A DNA stretch of 64,000 nt from Myxococcales bacterium. Its GTDB lineage: Bacteria; Myxococcota_A; Polyangia; Polyangiales; GCA-016699535. This document shows, piece by piece, positions 1-9,686 of the stretch (positions are counted from its first letter, which is position 1; the number at the start of each line of letters is the position of its first letter). Under the pieces are notes generated by a model. The model did no database searches. It saw only the letters and a program-made list of their open reading frames with translations, and was not told where the DNA came from. The position numbers and the translations under genes are program-made. The stretch lies in assembly GCA_020633325.1 (NCBI GenBank), contig JACKDX010000002.1:150040-214039 (forward strand). Direction: 5' to 3'.

Positions 1-141
1 CCCGAATGCAACCTCGAGCGCATCGATAATCGCGAAATCCTTGATGCGCAGGAGACTAAGCACAATACCAACCTCACATACCAAAATCCACGCGGAAATG
101 CCACGGGTACGATTCGATATGCGCCGGCACTTGAGTTCTGA
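1..141 (+). CDS. 3' end of an upstream CDS (partial, unknown product)
   Basis: Frame 1 is open from base 1 (PECNLERIDNREILD...YAPALEF) to TGA at 139-141, 12 nt before the next gene. Confidence 0.5.
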   Translation, partial: PECNLERIDNREILDAQETKHNTNLTYQNPRGNATGTIRYAPALEF

Positions 142-153
142 TAAGAAAGATAT

Positions 154-1716
154 GTGAAGCCGCCAGACATATCGCCAAGAGTTGGACGGTCGGCGAGCTT
201 ACCGCTGAGCGTCATCTTCTGTGCCTGTGCGATGTTCTCCCATTCCCGATCCGCGCTAGCCCAGGACAGCGGACGAATCGCGCTGATGACATTCTCTGGA
301 CAAGATGCTGGGGTTCTCCGGCAGGCACTGCGTGAGAATCTGGTCGAACAGCCCGGTCTCATGGTCATTGATGCAGACGAAATCAAACGTGCCTCAAACA
401 CGCTCGGCGGGCGATTCGATAATTCTGAGTACCCGCGCCTAGCCTCACTATTAAAGGCACGAGCCTTTGTGCATGGCACGATCAGTCGGCAACATAGGGG
501 GTGGATGCTCACGATACGGGTACGCCGAGGGGCGGACGGCGTTGTGTTGGGGCAGGCGGTATGGCAGGGAAGAACCCTTCGCGCGCTTAAAAATGTGCGG
601 CGCAACGGATATGCCAAACTCGCAGGCTTCCTTACTCGTGCGTTTCAAACAGCTCCTACGCCTCAGATGCCGGCTCATTCTCTGGGCAGTGATGCATCCG
701 TGGGGGGGGCCTGGTGGCAAACGCCGCCGGCTACCAAGGCCAACTGGTGGCAGAGCGAAAACGACACGCGGGCTAAAAGAGGTGGCCAAGACTATCACGC
801 GCTGAGGCTGACAGTCCTTGGAGGGATTCAGTACCGCTCGATGAATGCCACAATATTATCGACGTTCACAGATAATCGCCCGCTTCAGCAGCGCTCCTAC
901 GACAGCAACCTACCCGGCCACACTGAGTTTGGCGTTGAGGCTGAGTTCTATCCTTTCGCCATTCCGCATCTGCCGTACTTCCCTTACGTCGGGTTAGTTG
1001 GAAGCTTTCGCCATTCCTTGTTTCTGAACGGAGAGGCGTGCACCGTACTTTCAGTACCGGGCGGACCGTGTTCTCCCGCGCAGACTCGAAAAATGGACGT
1101 AGAGGAATGGGAACTTTATGGTGCGCTTCGCGGACGAGTTCGGCCGTTTGGTCACACCCAATACGATCCCGAGTTTCAAGCGGAAGTGGGGCTTGGATCC
1201 CTCAATTTTCTGTTCGATCTTCAACAGCTCGTATCGCTCTCCGCTATCAATCCTGCGGCGGTGATTCCGCCGTTTCGCTACAAATACGTGCATCTCGGGC
1301 TGGGCGGGAGTTACGGCCTCATTCCAGAGTGGCTCACTGTCGCCTTGCGCACGGGCTATCGAATCGGACTTGGGGTGGGGACGGATGCCTTAAACATTTG
1401 GGGCACAGGCGGGCCTCAAGGGCCGGATAAACCAAGTGGCTTCATTGTCGAGCTTGAAGGCCGTTCGGAAGCACCATACATTCTTCCAGGGCTCTATTTC
1501 GGGTTGCGGCTCTCGTATTTCTATTTCCGGACCCGGTTTTCCGGACAGCCATCCTGTGCGGATGCCACTGATGGATGCACTGCGGGAGAGCCGTGGCCGC
1601 CGTGGCCGGAGGAAGACGGACGCAAGGGCGGGCTGCTGAAGCCGGTGATGGATCACTATTTCCGAGCCGCGCTCATGATCGGATACACGTGGCCTTCTGC
1701 AATCGTGATAAACTAG
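154..1716 (+). CDS. Exported hypothetical protein, probable C-terminal outer-membrane beta-barrel
   Basis: 520-aa ORF with a signal-peptide-like N-terminus (..ALA-QD), an alpha/beta N-domain, a Pro/Ala linker and alternating hydrophobic beta-strands ending ALMIGYTW. Confidence 0.7.
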   Translation: MKPPDISPRVGRSASLPLSVIFCACAMFSHSRSALAQDSGRIALMTFSGQDAGVLRQALRENLVEQPGLMVIDADEIKRASNTLGGRFDNSEYPRLASLLKARAFVHGTISRQHRGWMLTIRVRRGADGVVLGQAVWQGRTLRALKNVRRNGYAKLAGFLTRAFQTAPTPQMPAHSLGSDASVGGAWWQTPPATKANWWQSENDTRAKRGGQDYHALRLTVLGGIQYRSMNATILSTFTDNRPLQQRSYDSNLPGHTEFGVEAEFYPFAIPHLPYFPYVGLVGSFRHSLFLNGEACTVLSVPGGPCSPAQTRKMDVEEWELYGALRGRVRPFGHTQYDPEFQAEVGLGSLNFLFDLQQLVSLSAINPAAVIPPFRYKYVHLGLGGSYGLIPEWLTVALRTGYRIGLGVGTDALNIWGTGGPQGPDKPSGFIVELEGRSEAPYILPGLYFGLRLSYFYFRTRFSGQPSCADATDGCTAGEPWPPWPEEDGRKGGLLKPVMDHYFRAALMIGYTWPSAIVIN

Positions 1717-1720
1717 TTGC

Positions 1721-4396
1721 ATGTCCCTATCCACGTCCCACGAGCTCCGTCGAGCCTTTCTGGATTACTTCCAGGCCGAGAACCATGAGGTCGTGCACTC
1801 TTCTGCCTTGGTTCCGGACAACGATCCGACCCTCATGTTCACCAATGCCGGTATGGTCCCGTTCAAGGATGTTTTCACTGGCAACGAACATCGTCCTTAC
1901 GTGCGTGCGACCAGCTCCCAGCGATGCATTCGCATCAGCGGGAAGCACAATGATTTGGAAAACGTGGGCGTCACCGCCCGGCATCACACTTTCTTTGAGA
2001 TGCTCGGCAATTTTTCCTTTGGCGATTATTTCAAGGAACAGGCAATTTTCTATGCCTGGGATTTTGTCACCCGCATATTGGACCTAGATCCCAGTCGTTT
2101 GGCCGTGACGGTATTTGGAGGCGAGCGAAATCTTGCTGCGGATACCGACGCCGAAGATCTGTGGAAGAAAATCACTGGGTTGCCCGATGCACGTATCCAA
2201 CGCTTTGGGGCAGACGATAACTTCTGGCAGATGGGAGATGTTGGACCATGCGGCCCGTGCTCAGAAATGCATGTGTATTTGGGGGACGGGGAGCCAGACC
2301 CTCGTTTGGTGAATCAAGAACCCGGCGCGAACGGTCGCGGTTGGATGGAGATTTGGAATCTCGTTTTCATGCAGTTTGACCGAGACGAAGGGGGCGTGAT
2401 GCGTCCCTTACCCGCGCCATCGATCGACACTGGCGCCGGGTTGGAACGGTTGAGCGCGGTAGTGCAAGGGCGTTTGAGCAATTACGATACAGATCTTTTT
2501 CGGCCGCTCATTCAGTTGGCGGCGGAGCTGGCTCAAAAGACATACCACGGCTCTCAAAGTGCAGATGATGTGTCGCTACGCGTGATTGCCGATCATGCTC
2601 GTATGACGGCATTTCTGATTGCCGAGGGTGTGTTTCCCGATCGCGATGGGCGCTCCTATGTTTTGCGCCGGGTCATGCGCCGCGCCATTCGCCACGGTCA
2701 TCGTTTGGGCCTTGAGTCCTTGTTTTTTCACCGCTGCGCCAGCAAGGTCATCGACATCATGAAGGATGCTTATCCCGAGCTGGCCGAACGGCGGCCGGTG
2801 ATTGAGGAGATCACCCAGCAAGAGGAGATGCGTTTCCGCCGGACATTGGATCGAGGTCTTGAGCTCATCGCAGTCAACAAAAATTGGACGGAGACAAGGG
2901 ACGGCAAAGTCCTTCCTGCAGCCATTGCTTTTGAGTTATACGACACGTTTGGGTTTCCGCTTGATCTTCAGCAAACCATTGGCGCTGAACAGGGTTTTTC
3001 GGTCGATGAAGCTGGGTTCAACGAGCACATGCAGCAGGCACGGGAACGCAGTGCCGGTTCCAAGGTTGGTGATCTCAAAGTAGATGCGCTCTACCAATCG
3101 CTGGCGCGGGAACTTGGACGCGTGGACTTTGTTGGCTACGAAGACGAGACCGCAGACTCGCAAGTGCTCGCTTTGCTGTCCTCCGGAGTGCGTGTGGAGA
3201 TATGCGAAAAAGGGCAGCCCACCGAGGTCGTCACCCGAGTTACGCCCTTTTACGCGCAAGCCGGCGGGCAGGTGGGGGATCGCGGCCTCATCCGTACCGA
3301 GCAGGGCGCCGAGTTCGAAGTGACGCACACAGAGCGGCCGGTCGAGGGCCTCATCGTGCATCACGGCGTGCTCAAATCGGGCACGTTGAAACAGGGCGAT
3401 AGGGTGCGCCTCGAAGTCGACCACGCATTGCGACACGCGACCCGATGCAATCACAGCGCGACGCACTTGTTGCATTATGCGCTGCGTAAGGTCCTTGGCC
3501 CTCAGGCCGTGCAAAAAGGATCGCTGGTGGCGCCCGACCGATTGCGTTTCGACTATGCCGCAACGAGGCCCCTAAGCAGCGACGAGATTCGTCTCATCGA
3601 AACGTTGGTCAACGCCAAAATTCTTGAAAACGCCCCTGTGACGACCGAGGTGTTGCCCTACCAGGGCGCCAAAGATCGCGGCGCCATTGGCATCTTTGAA
3701 GAGAAGTATGGCGAGATGGTTCGAATGCTGAGCATGACCGACGAGTCCATTGAGCTTTGCGGTGGAACCCACGCTTCTCGCACAGGAGATATTGGCTTGT
3801 TTAAGGTTCTCTCGGATAGCGGCCTTGCAGCCGGGGTACGACGTCTCGAAGCGGCGACCGGCGAACGCGCTTTGGCATATGTGCACGCCCTTGAGGAAGA
3901 GCTGAGTCAAGCAGCGACGCTGCTTAGGGCTACGCCTCAGACACTTAGCGACAAGCTTGCGCGGCATGTCGAGCAACACAAACAACTTGCCAAAGACGTC
4001 GAGACGCTCAGGCGCAAACTGTTGACCGGGCCGCAGACAGATCTCAGTGCTCAGGCGAAAGACCTCAACGGCGTGCGTGTCCTTGGAGCAGTTGTCGAGA
4101 TTGCAGACCTTGATTCGGTGCGCGAGCTTGCGGACCAATGGCGAGACAAGCTTGCTCCAGCCATTGTGTTATTGGGGACCACCACAGCGGACGGCAAAGC
4201 GCTGCTCGTTTGCACGGTATCTAAGGAACTGACGACGCGTTTTCGGGCCGGGACACTGATCAAGCACGCAGCCGCGGTGGTTGGAGGCAAGGGCGGCGGA
4301 CGTCCAGACTTCGCGCAGGCGGGAGGTCCGGAGCCCTCTCGCCTCGCTGAGGCCGTAGCGCAAATTTATGCCCTGGCGGACAAGACTGCGGATTGA
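1721..4396 (+). CDS. alaS: Alanine--tRNA ligase
   Basis: FTNAGMVPFK, RHHTFFEMLGNFSFGDYFK, IDTGAGLER, editing motifs HSATH and ELCGGTH, C-terminal GGKGGG..FAQAGG. Confidence 0.99.
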   Translation: MSLSTSHELRRAFLDYFQAENHEVVHSSALVPDNDPTLMFTNAGMVPFKDVFTGNEHRPYVRATSSQRCIRISGKHNDLENVGVTARHHTFFEMLGNFSFGDYFKEQAIFYAWDFVTRILDLDPSRLAVTVFGGERNLAADTDAEDLWKKITGLPDARIQRFGADDNFWQMGDVGPCGPCSEMHVYLGDGEPDPRLVNQEPGANGRGWMEIWNLVFMQFDRDEGGVMRPLPAPSIDTGAGLERLSAVVQGRLSNYDTDLFRPLIQLAAELAQKTYHGSQSADDVSLRVIADHARMTAFLIAEGVFPDRDGRSYVLRRVMRRAIRHGHRLGLESLFFHRCASKVIDIMKDAYPELAERRPVIEEITQQEEMRFRRTLDRGLELIAVNKNWTETRDGKVLPAAIAFELYDTFGFPLDLQQTIGAEQGFSVDEAGFNEHMQQARERSAGSKVGDLKVDALYQSLARELGRVDFVGYEDETADSQVLALLSSGVRVEICEKGQPTEVVTRVTPFYAQAGGQVGDRGLIRTEQGAEFEVTHTERPVEGLIVHHGVLKSGTLKQGDRVRLEVDHALRHATRCNHSATHLLHYALRKVLGPQAVQKGSLVAPDRLRFDYAATRPLSSDEIRLIETLVNAKILENAPVTTEVLPYQGAKDRGAIGIFEEKYGEMVRMLSMTDESIELCGGTHASRTGDIGLFKVLSDSGLAAGVRRLEAATGERALAYVHALEEELSQAATLLRATPQTLSDKLARHVEQHKQLAKDVETLRRKLLTGPQTDLSAQAKDLNGVRVLGAVVEIADLDSVRELADQWRDKLAPAIVLLGTTTADGKALLVCTVSKELTTRFRAGTLIKHAAAVVGGKGGGRPDFAQAGGPEPSRLAEAVAQIYALADKTAD

Positions 4397-4416
4397 TTCG
4401 GGTCCGAGGCATTACG

Positions 4417-4425
4417 TGCTATAGT
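4417..4425 (+). promoter_or_regulatory. Extended -10 box (TGcTATAGT), probable leaderless promoter
   Basis: TATAGT at 4420-4425 lies 7 nt before ATG 4433; no Shine-Dalgarno sequence. Confidence 0.5.
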
Positions 4426-4432
4426 TTCACGC

Positions 4433-5308
4433 ATGGACGGCGTAGAGCGTGCGGCCGCGGCATGGGACGATGCGTTAGAGGCACTCGGGCACAGTGACGA
4501 TTGGGAGCAGCGGTTCGAGCGGCTCGCTCACGAAGGGCGAGCCTCCATGGATGAGTTTGACGCGCTCCTCGAGGAAGTAGAGCTCAATGGCGTTCGCGCG
4601 AGCCAAACCGAGCGTCCGTTAGTAGATACTGAGACCCAGGACCTTGCAGACATGCTGGAGCCAGACCCGGTCGAGGAGGGATTTTTTCAATTCGAGGCGC
4701 TTTTGACCGATGCACTCGATTCGCAGCGAACGACGCTTCTAGAACGGGGCCCAAGTGAGCCGCCTCGCATGCCCCCAAGCGGCGCGCCCTCTGAACCCCA
4801 CGTGGCCTTCCCGCCGAGTGAAGCGCCAGAGCCAGCGGTTTTTGAAGTGCCTCCCCTATCGGAAGCGCCGCTTCTACCCAAGCCTACGGTCCAGCTTGTC
4901 ATGGATCCCGATGAGACTCGGTACGATGCGGGAGATTTCGACTTTGATGATCCCGCAAGCGACGACTTTCATACAAAAGTCGCAACGTCCGAGAGCATCA
5001 TGGAGGCTTTGAAAAAAGTGGCCATGGAGTATGGCGCAAGCCAGGATAGTCCTTTAGGCCAAAGTCTGAGGCCTGTTGAGCCAGAAGCTCGCGATTCAGA
5101 GGAAATTATCATGACCCTTGACGACGAGGTGGAAATCGAAAATCTCACCGACGTGGACGTGGATACCCAGGCGGCCTCTTGGAGCACGGAGCATACGGAG
5201 GCTGATGCGCTATCGCCGGATCAGGGTGAAGTACCGAGTGCGGACGATGAGCCAGAAAGCGACGGCAAGCCCGGTTTTTTCAAACGCCTCTTTAAGAGCA
5301 ATTCCTAA
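4433..5308 (+). CDS. Acidic, largely disordered hypothetical protein with C-terminal amphipathic helix
   Basis: 291 aa, very D/E/P-rich, ends KPGFFKRLFKSNS. Confidence 0.8.
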   Translation: MDGVERAAAAWDDALEALGHSDDWEQRFERLAHEGRASMDEFDALLEEVELNGVRASQTERPLVDTETQDLADMLEPDPVEEGFFQFEALLTDALDSQRTTLLERGPSEPPRMPPSGAPSEPHVAFPPSEAPEPAVFEVPPLSEAPLLPKPTVQLVMDPDETRYDAGDFDFDDPASDDFHTKVATSESIMEALKKVAMEYGASQDSPLGQSLRPVEPEARDSEEIIMTLDDEVEIENLTDVDVDTQAASWSTEHTEADALSPDQGEVPSADDEPESDGKPGFFKRLFKSNS

Positions 5309-5379
5309 CATCCCCCTGCTTTAGCCTCCGAGCACGTTCCGCGACGCTGCCTCTCACGTGTACGCAATATCTTAATCAT

Positions 5380-5395
5380 TGGCATTGGTAACGCG
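5380..5395 (+). promoter_or_regulatory. Possible sigma54 promoter of the TonB-dependent receptor
   Basis: TGGCATT-GGTA-ACGCG has GG-N10-GC spacing 24 nt before ATG 5420, but the TT before GC is missing. Confidence 0.35.
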
Positions 5396-5419
5396 AAAGG
5401 TTACACGCAACCTGAGGGC

Positions 5420-7996
5420 ATGTTTTACAGGTCAACATGGACTTGGGTGTTTTTGGAGGCGCTAGCGGTCATGGCCATTGCCACCACGGGATTGGCCCAG
5501 GCCCCGACAGAAGCGACGGGGGCTTCGTCTGGGACGCCGCCCCTTGCTGTGACACCACCCCGGCTGGTTCATGCCCCACCACCTCAGTATCCGGATGGAG
5601 AGTCCCAGCAGGGCGCGCACCCCACGGTCATGCTCGAGGTGGTTCTAGATGCCGACGGCCAACTGCGCTCTGCCAGCGTTGAACACTCTGCGGGTCGCGA
5701 ATTCGATCGTGCGGCGCAGAAGGCCGTCCAAGGCTGGAAATTTCTTCCAGCCACGCGTGATGGTGCACCCATCGCAAGCCGCGTTCATGTCGCGGTACAC
5801 TTTGAGTTGCCGGCGTTTGATTTAGCCACCAGCGAGGCAGGGGCATCGGCGATGTCGAGGAGATCCCATCCCCCCGTGCACATGGTGCAAGATCCAGCAC
5901 ACCTCAAGCACACATCCCCCAAGGGAGGGCAGTACCGGACTACAGCCGAGGTCGAACCCACGCCACTTCGTCACACGCGACGAAGCAGTGGCGACCTTCA
6001 GTTGAGCACGGATGTCTTACACGCGGCCCCACGCAGCGACGCTGGGGATATGCTGAGGTTGGCACCCGGTTTATTTGCAGCAAAACCCGAAGGAGATGCT
6101 GTGGCTCACGGCCTCATGTGGCGAGGATTCGACGCGGAACACGGTCAGGACGTGGAAATAGTCGCAGGCGGAGTTCCCGTGAACCTGCCTTCCCACATTC
6201 ATGGGCAGGGCTATGCGGACTTAGGCTTTCTCATACCAGAAGTAGTTCACGGCATGCGGGTGACAGAGGGAGTGCACGATCCCAGTCAAGGGGACTTCGC
6301 CGTCGCGGGTTCCATCGACGTCACGCTAGGGGTAGAAGAACGTGGCATTTACCTTAAGAGTGGCTACGGATCTTACGATACATTCCGTCAACTCGCGTTA
6401 TGGGCGCCCATCAATGAGGCGCGTGACACATTTGGTGCCGTGCAATACCGCCGCACCGATGGCTTTGGCCAAAATCGCGCGGGTCAAAGCGGCAGTGGCA
6501 TCGTGCAGGGCGCATTCGGTCATGGCCGATGGCGATATCGTGCGCTGGGCATCGCGCACGGCGCGCATGCCAAGATGGCCGGCGTGTTGCGTGACGACGA
6601 CATCGCGGCTGATAACGTGGGCTTTTACGATGTGTACCCGTTCCCTACTGCGCAAGCACAACAGGCCCTTGCTGGGCGCATGATAGCCGCCATCAATGCA
6701 GAATACCGGGGCAGCGAGGGCGATAACGCAGAGACGGGCGCATGGGTGAGCATGGATCAGTTTCGGCTCCGAGAAAATTTCTCGGGGTTTCTCGAGCGGT
6801 TTTCATTACGCCCCGATGACTCCCCGCCGGGCGATCTAATCGAACAGCAGAACCAGGTCATGTCCATGGGACTAAAAGGGCGTTACCGGACGGCGCCATA
6901 TCGTCCGGTCAGTTGGGCCAAGGGCACCATGGAACTCGGTATCGCATCCCGCCTTGACGTCATTGACCAATCTCAGACGCTTCTGGATGCGGCGCACGGA
7001 AATCAGGCGTGGGAAACGCGCAACGATGCGGATATGCGGATACTAGATTTGGGAGCGTGGGGAGACGTGGACTGGCAGCTTGGACGTTTCTTGAGTGTAC
7101 GGGGAGGTTTGCGCGCTGATGCGCTCTACTACGATATCCACGATCATCTCGGCGTGCCCGCGACTTTCGGCGAGCCATACCTTTCGGGTGCGCGTCGGAG
7201 TGCTGTGGGAATCGCGCTCGGTCCGAGGGCGAGCATCGAGGCGGCGCTGATGCCTTGGCTTACGGTGCTCGGTGCGTACGGTCAAGGTTATCGGTCAGCG
7301 CAAGCGCTGACGCTCACGGATGGTGAGCATGCGCCCTTTACGAAGGTACACTCGGCCGACCTCGGTGCACGCTTTCACTGGCGCAAAGCATTGGAAGTTG
7401 TGGTCTCAGGATTTTACACACATCTCTCGGACGACCTGGCCTTTGATGCGCACGAGGGGCGCCTAGAGCGCATCGGGCCAAGCCGGCGCGTGGGCGGCAT
7501 GGCGTATGGGCTCGTCCGTCCCGCGACGTGGCTTTTGTTTGCCGCCTCTCTCACTTATGTCGATGCCAAATTGCTGAGCGCCGCAACAAACGCTGAAGAT
7601 CCCTCTACGCCGCCCACCACCCGAGATGTGCCGTACGTACCGCCTCTCGTCGTGCGCATCGATGCCGCAGCGGAAGGAAAACTGCCCTATCGCTTGCTGG
7701 GCGACGTACTTTTTGGCCATGCGGGACTCGGCATTTCCGGGCTGTCCTCCAGGCCATTGCCCTATGCTGGTTCTAGCGCGCCATTTACGCTGATCGATGC
7801 GAAGGGCTCTTTACGCTGGCGCAATCTGGAAGCGGGTATTGAGCTGCTCAACGTTTTAAATAGTCGCTATGCTGCGTTTGCTTACAACTTCAGCTCGCAA
7901 TGGGATCCCTCCGGGCCCCAAGAGACGCCGCCGGCACGACACATCACCGCCGGAGCGCCACGCACGGTGATGGTCACCCTAGGCGTACACCTTTAG
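5420..7996 (+). CDS. TonB-dependent receptor with fused N-terminal TonB C-terminal domain
   Basis: Signal peptide; PPPQYP..V.LEVVLDADG..A.KAV.GWKFLPA (TonB_C); plug region MLRLAPGL..RGFDAEHGQD; barrel ending GAPRTVMVTLGVHL. Confidence 0.9.
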   Translation: MFYRSTWTWVFLEALAVMAIATTGLAQAPTEATGASSGTPPLAVTPPRLVHAPPPQYPDGESQQGAHPTVMLEVVLDADGQLRSASVEHSAGREFDRAAQKAVQGWKFLPATRDGAPIASRVHVAVHFELPAFDLATSEAGASAMSRRSHPPVHMVQDPAHLKHTSPKGGQYRTTAEVEPTPLRHTRRSSGDLQLSTDVLHAAPRSDAGDMLRLAPGLFAAKPEGDAVAHGLMWRGFDAEHGQDVEIVAGGVPVNLPSHIHGQGYADLGFLIPEVVHGMRVTEGVHDPSQGDFAVAGSIDVTLGVEERGIYLKSGYGSYDTFRQLALWAPINEARDTFGAVQYRRTDGFGQNRAGQSGSGIVQGAFGHGRWRYRALGIAHGAHAKMAGVLRDDDIAADNVGFYDVYPFPTAQAQQALAGRMIAAINAEYRGSEGDNAETGAWVSMDQFRLRENFSGFLERFSLRPDDSPPGDLIEQQNQVMSMGLKGRYRTAPYRPVSWAKGTMELGIASRLDVIDQSQTLLDAAHGNQAWETRNDADMRILDLGAWGDVDWQLGRFLSVRGGLRADALYYDIHDHLGVPATFGEPYLSGARRSAVGIALGPRASIEAALMPWLTVLGAYGQGYRSAQALTLTDGEHAPFTKVHSADLGARFHWRKALEVVVSGFYTHLSDDLAFDAHEGRLERIGPSRRVGGMAYGLVRPATWLLFAASLTYVDAKLLSAATNAEDPSTPPTTRDVPYVPPLVVRIDAAAEGKLPYRLLGDVLFGHAGLGISGLSSRPLPYAGSSAPFTLIDAKGSLRWRNLEAGIELLNVLNSRYAAFAYNFSSQWDPSGPQETPPARHITAGAPRTVMVTLGVHL

Positions 7997-7997
7997 G

Positions 7998-9497
7998 CTA
8001 ATCTCGTGAAAAAGCCCGGCTCGGAATGACTTGCCACTTTTCCTTGTCATTCTTGGCATCCTTGCGCCAACGCAGCACCAGCGCGATATAATATCGGGGC
8101 CCTTGGAAGTACTCGACGACGATATCGTGTTGCCCCTTGGTGAGATTCACGCTGGCTTCCGTATCTTTTGGCGGATGAACGCCATCTTCGACGAGCACCT
8201 GCTTGCCATCGATGTAAAGTTTGACGCCGTCGTCGCTAGTGGTCTGAAACCCCCATTCCCCATCGTTGGGGATCTCCAGCTTGCCGCTGAATCGAATGGC
8301 AAACCACTCCAGCAATGGCTCCTGATTTGGGGTGGCGCCCGGAAAACCTTCTTCGAATCGCCGGGGTGCCACATTCAATTTGGGCACGGTGATGGTGGCG
8401 AATGGCGTCCCAAGCGTGCTGAAATCAGGCAAGTTCTTTGTGGTGTCAGGCAGCTTCCAGATCTCGCCGCGTAAGCCACGCTCGCCCGGGGTGGGCTGAG
8501 CTATTGAAGACTCTTGGGTGACTCGAAACGTCCCTTCCCAAATCGTTTCCCTTTTGTACATGACGGAAATGGGGCCGGTCACTGTGCTCTTTGGCACCAC
8601 CGTGCTTACTTTCTTTTGGGTGGCCTTCTTAGCCGCGAAGAGCGCCTTTGGCCCGTTGAACGCAAACATGAAATCGGCTGGTTTGGCCTTGTTGGGAAAC
8701 TTCCCGTACAACGTGACCGTAGTCCCCACCGGACCGACCGTGGGTTCAAGACGCTCCACAGTGATATTGGCGGCGACATCGGTTGTTTTGCGGGGGAGCA
8801 CTTTGAAACTGCCCTTCCACATCGCCTTGCCATTTTCGCGTACGATGAGCTCGCCCGTCGTCGCTTTCTTTGGCACCTTGACTGTCAAGGCACGTTTGCT
8901 GACCGATTCGGGCTTTACGGCATTCGTAGCGCCTTCAAACTTGAACCGATAGTCCTTTGCCGAGACAGATTCAGCAAAACTTCCGTGCAAGGTCACGATA
9001 TCTCCCACGGCCCCTTCCTGAGGTTCGAGGCGGTAGCTGACGGGCGCGGGCGCGGGTTTCGGCTTCTGAGCCTCGGGCATCACGATGATGCGAATCATCC
9101 AAACGACCGTGCCGCGAATGGCAAGCTCGACGTTGCCCGTGCGGGCGCCTTTTGGAACCTCACAGCGCACTTCGGTGCGGGTGACATGGCTGGCATTGAG
9201 CCACTGAGAGACGCCAGCAAAACGGAACCCAACATCCTGCCCACGCAAGTTCGTATCAAATCTCCCAAAGACTCGAAAGCTCTGACCGACATGAATAGTG
9301 GTGGAATGCGCCCGGTATGTCTTTGGTTGCGGCGCCGGGGCAGGTTTTTCCACCTGGACAACTTTTGGGGGAGGCGGATTGCGGTGTACTTCCCTGGTAC
9401 GTATTTCGCGTGTGTGGGGCCCTGGCCGCGTACTGACGTAGCAGCCAAAAAGCATAAGAGCCAAAATCCCAATAAGGAGGAGACGGTAAGTTTTCAT
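7998..9497 (-). CDS. Lipoprotein with IPT/TIG-like repeats and C-terminal PA14 domain
   Basis: Lipobox LFGC; three repeats of the form P..G..G..VT..G.F...VP..A.TG; PA14 motif F.G.L.IP.DGEWGF.TTSDDGVKLYIDG; start set at MKTYRLL. Confidence 0.85.
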   Translation of the reverse strand: MKTYRLLLIGILALMLFGCYVSTRPGPHTREIRTREVHRNPPPPKVVQVEKPAPAPQPKTYRAHSTTIHVGQSFRVFGRFDTNLRGQDVGFRFAGVSQWLNASHVTRTEVRCEVPKGARTGNVELAIRGTVVWMIRIIVMPEAQKPKPAPAPVSYRLEPQEGAVGDIVTLHGSFAESVSAKDYRFKFEGATNAVKPESVSKRALTVKVPKKATTGELIVRENGKAMWKGSFKVLPRKTTDVAANITVERLEPTVGPVGTTVTLYGKFPNKAKPADFMFAFNGPKALFAAKKATQKKVSTVVPKSTVTGPISVMYKRETIWEGTFRVTQESSIAQPTPGERGLRGEIWKLPDTTKNLPDFSTLGTPFATITVPKLNVAPRRFEEGFPGATPNQEPLLEWFAIRFSGKLEIPNDGEWGFQTTSDDGVKLYIDGKQVLVEDGVHPPKDTEASVNLTKGQHDIVVEYFQGPRYYIALVLRWRKDAKNDKEKWQVIPSRAFSRD

Positions 9498-9556
9498 GTT
9501 GCCTTGATAAGCCATAAACAAAAAAAATCCAAGGCGTTTTGTAGGGCAGTCGTGGG

Positions 9557-9630
9557 CGCGCCCGGGAGGACTCGAACCTCCGACCTTTGGCTTAGAAGGC
9601 CACTGCTCTATCCAACTGAGCTACGGGCGC
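9557..9630 (-). tRNA. tRNA-Arg (anticodon UCU)
   Basis: GCGCCCGTAGCTCAGTTGGATAGAGCAGTGGCCTTCTAAGCCAAAGGTCGGAGGTTCGAGTCCTCCCGGGCGCG folds as a cloverleaf with loop CTTCTAA; CCA not encoded. Confidence 0.95.
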
Positions 9631-9686
9631 CTGCATCACAAGTGTTTGTTTTTACGCGATTATTAATAATCACGCCTCTTCTTTAG

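Noticed and set aside
8514-9686. 390-aa plus-strand ORF
   Set aside because: Antisense shadow of the PA14 lipoprotein that also runs through tRNA-Arg; no motifs
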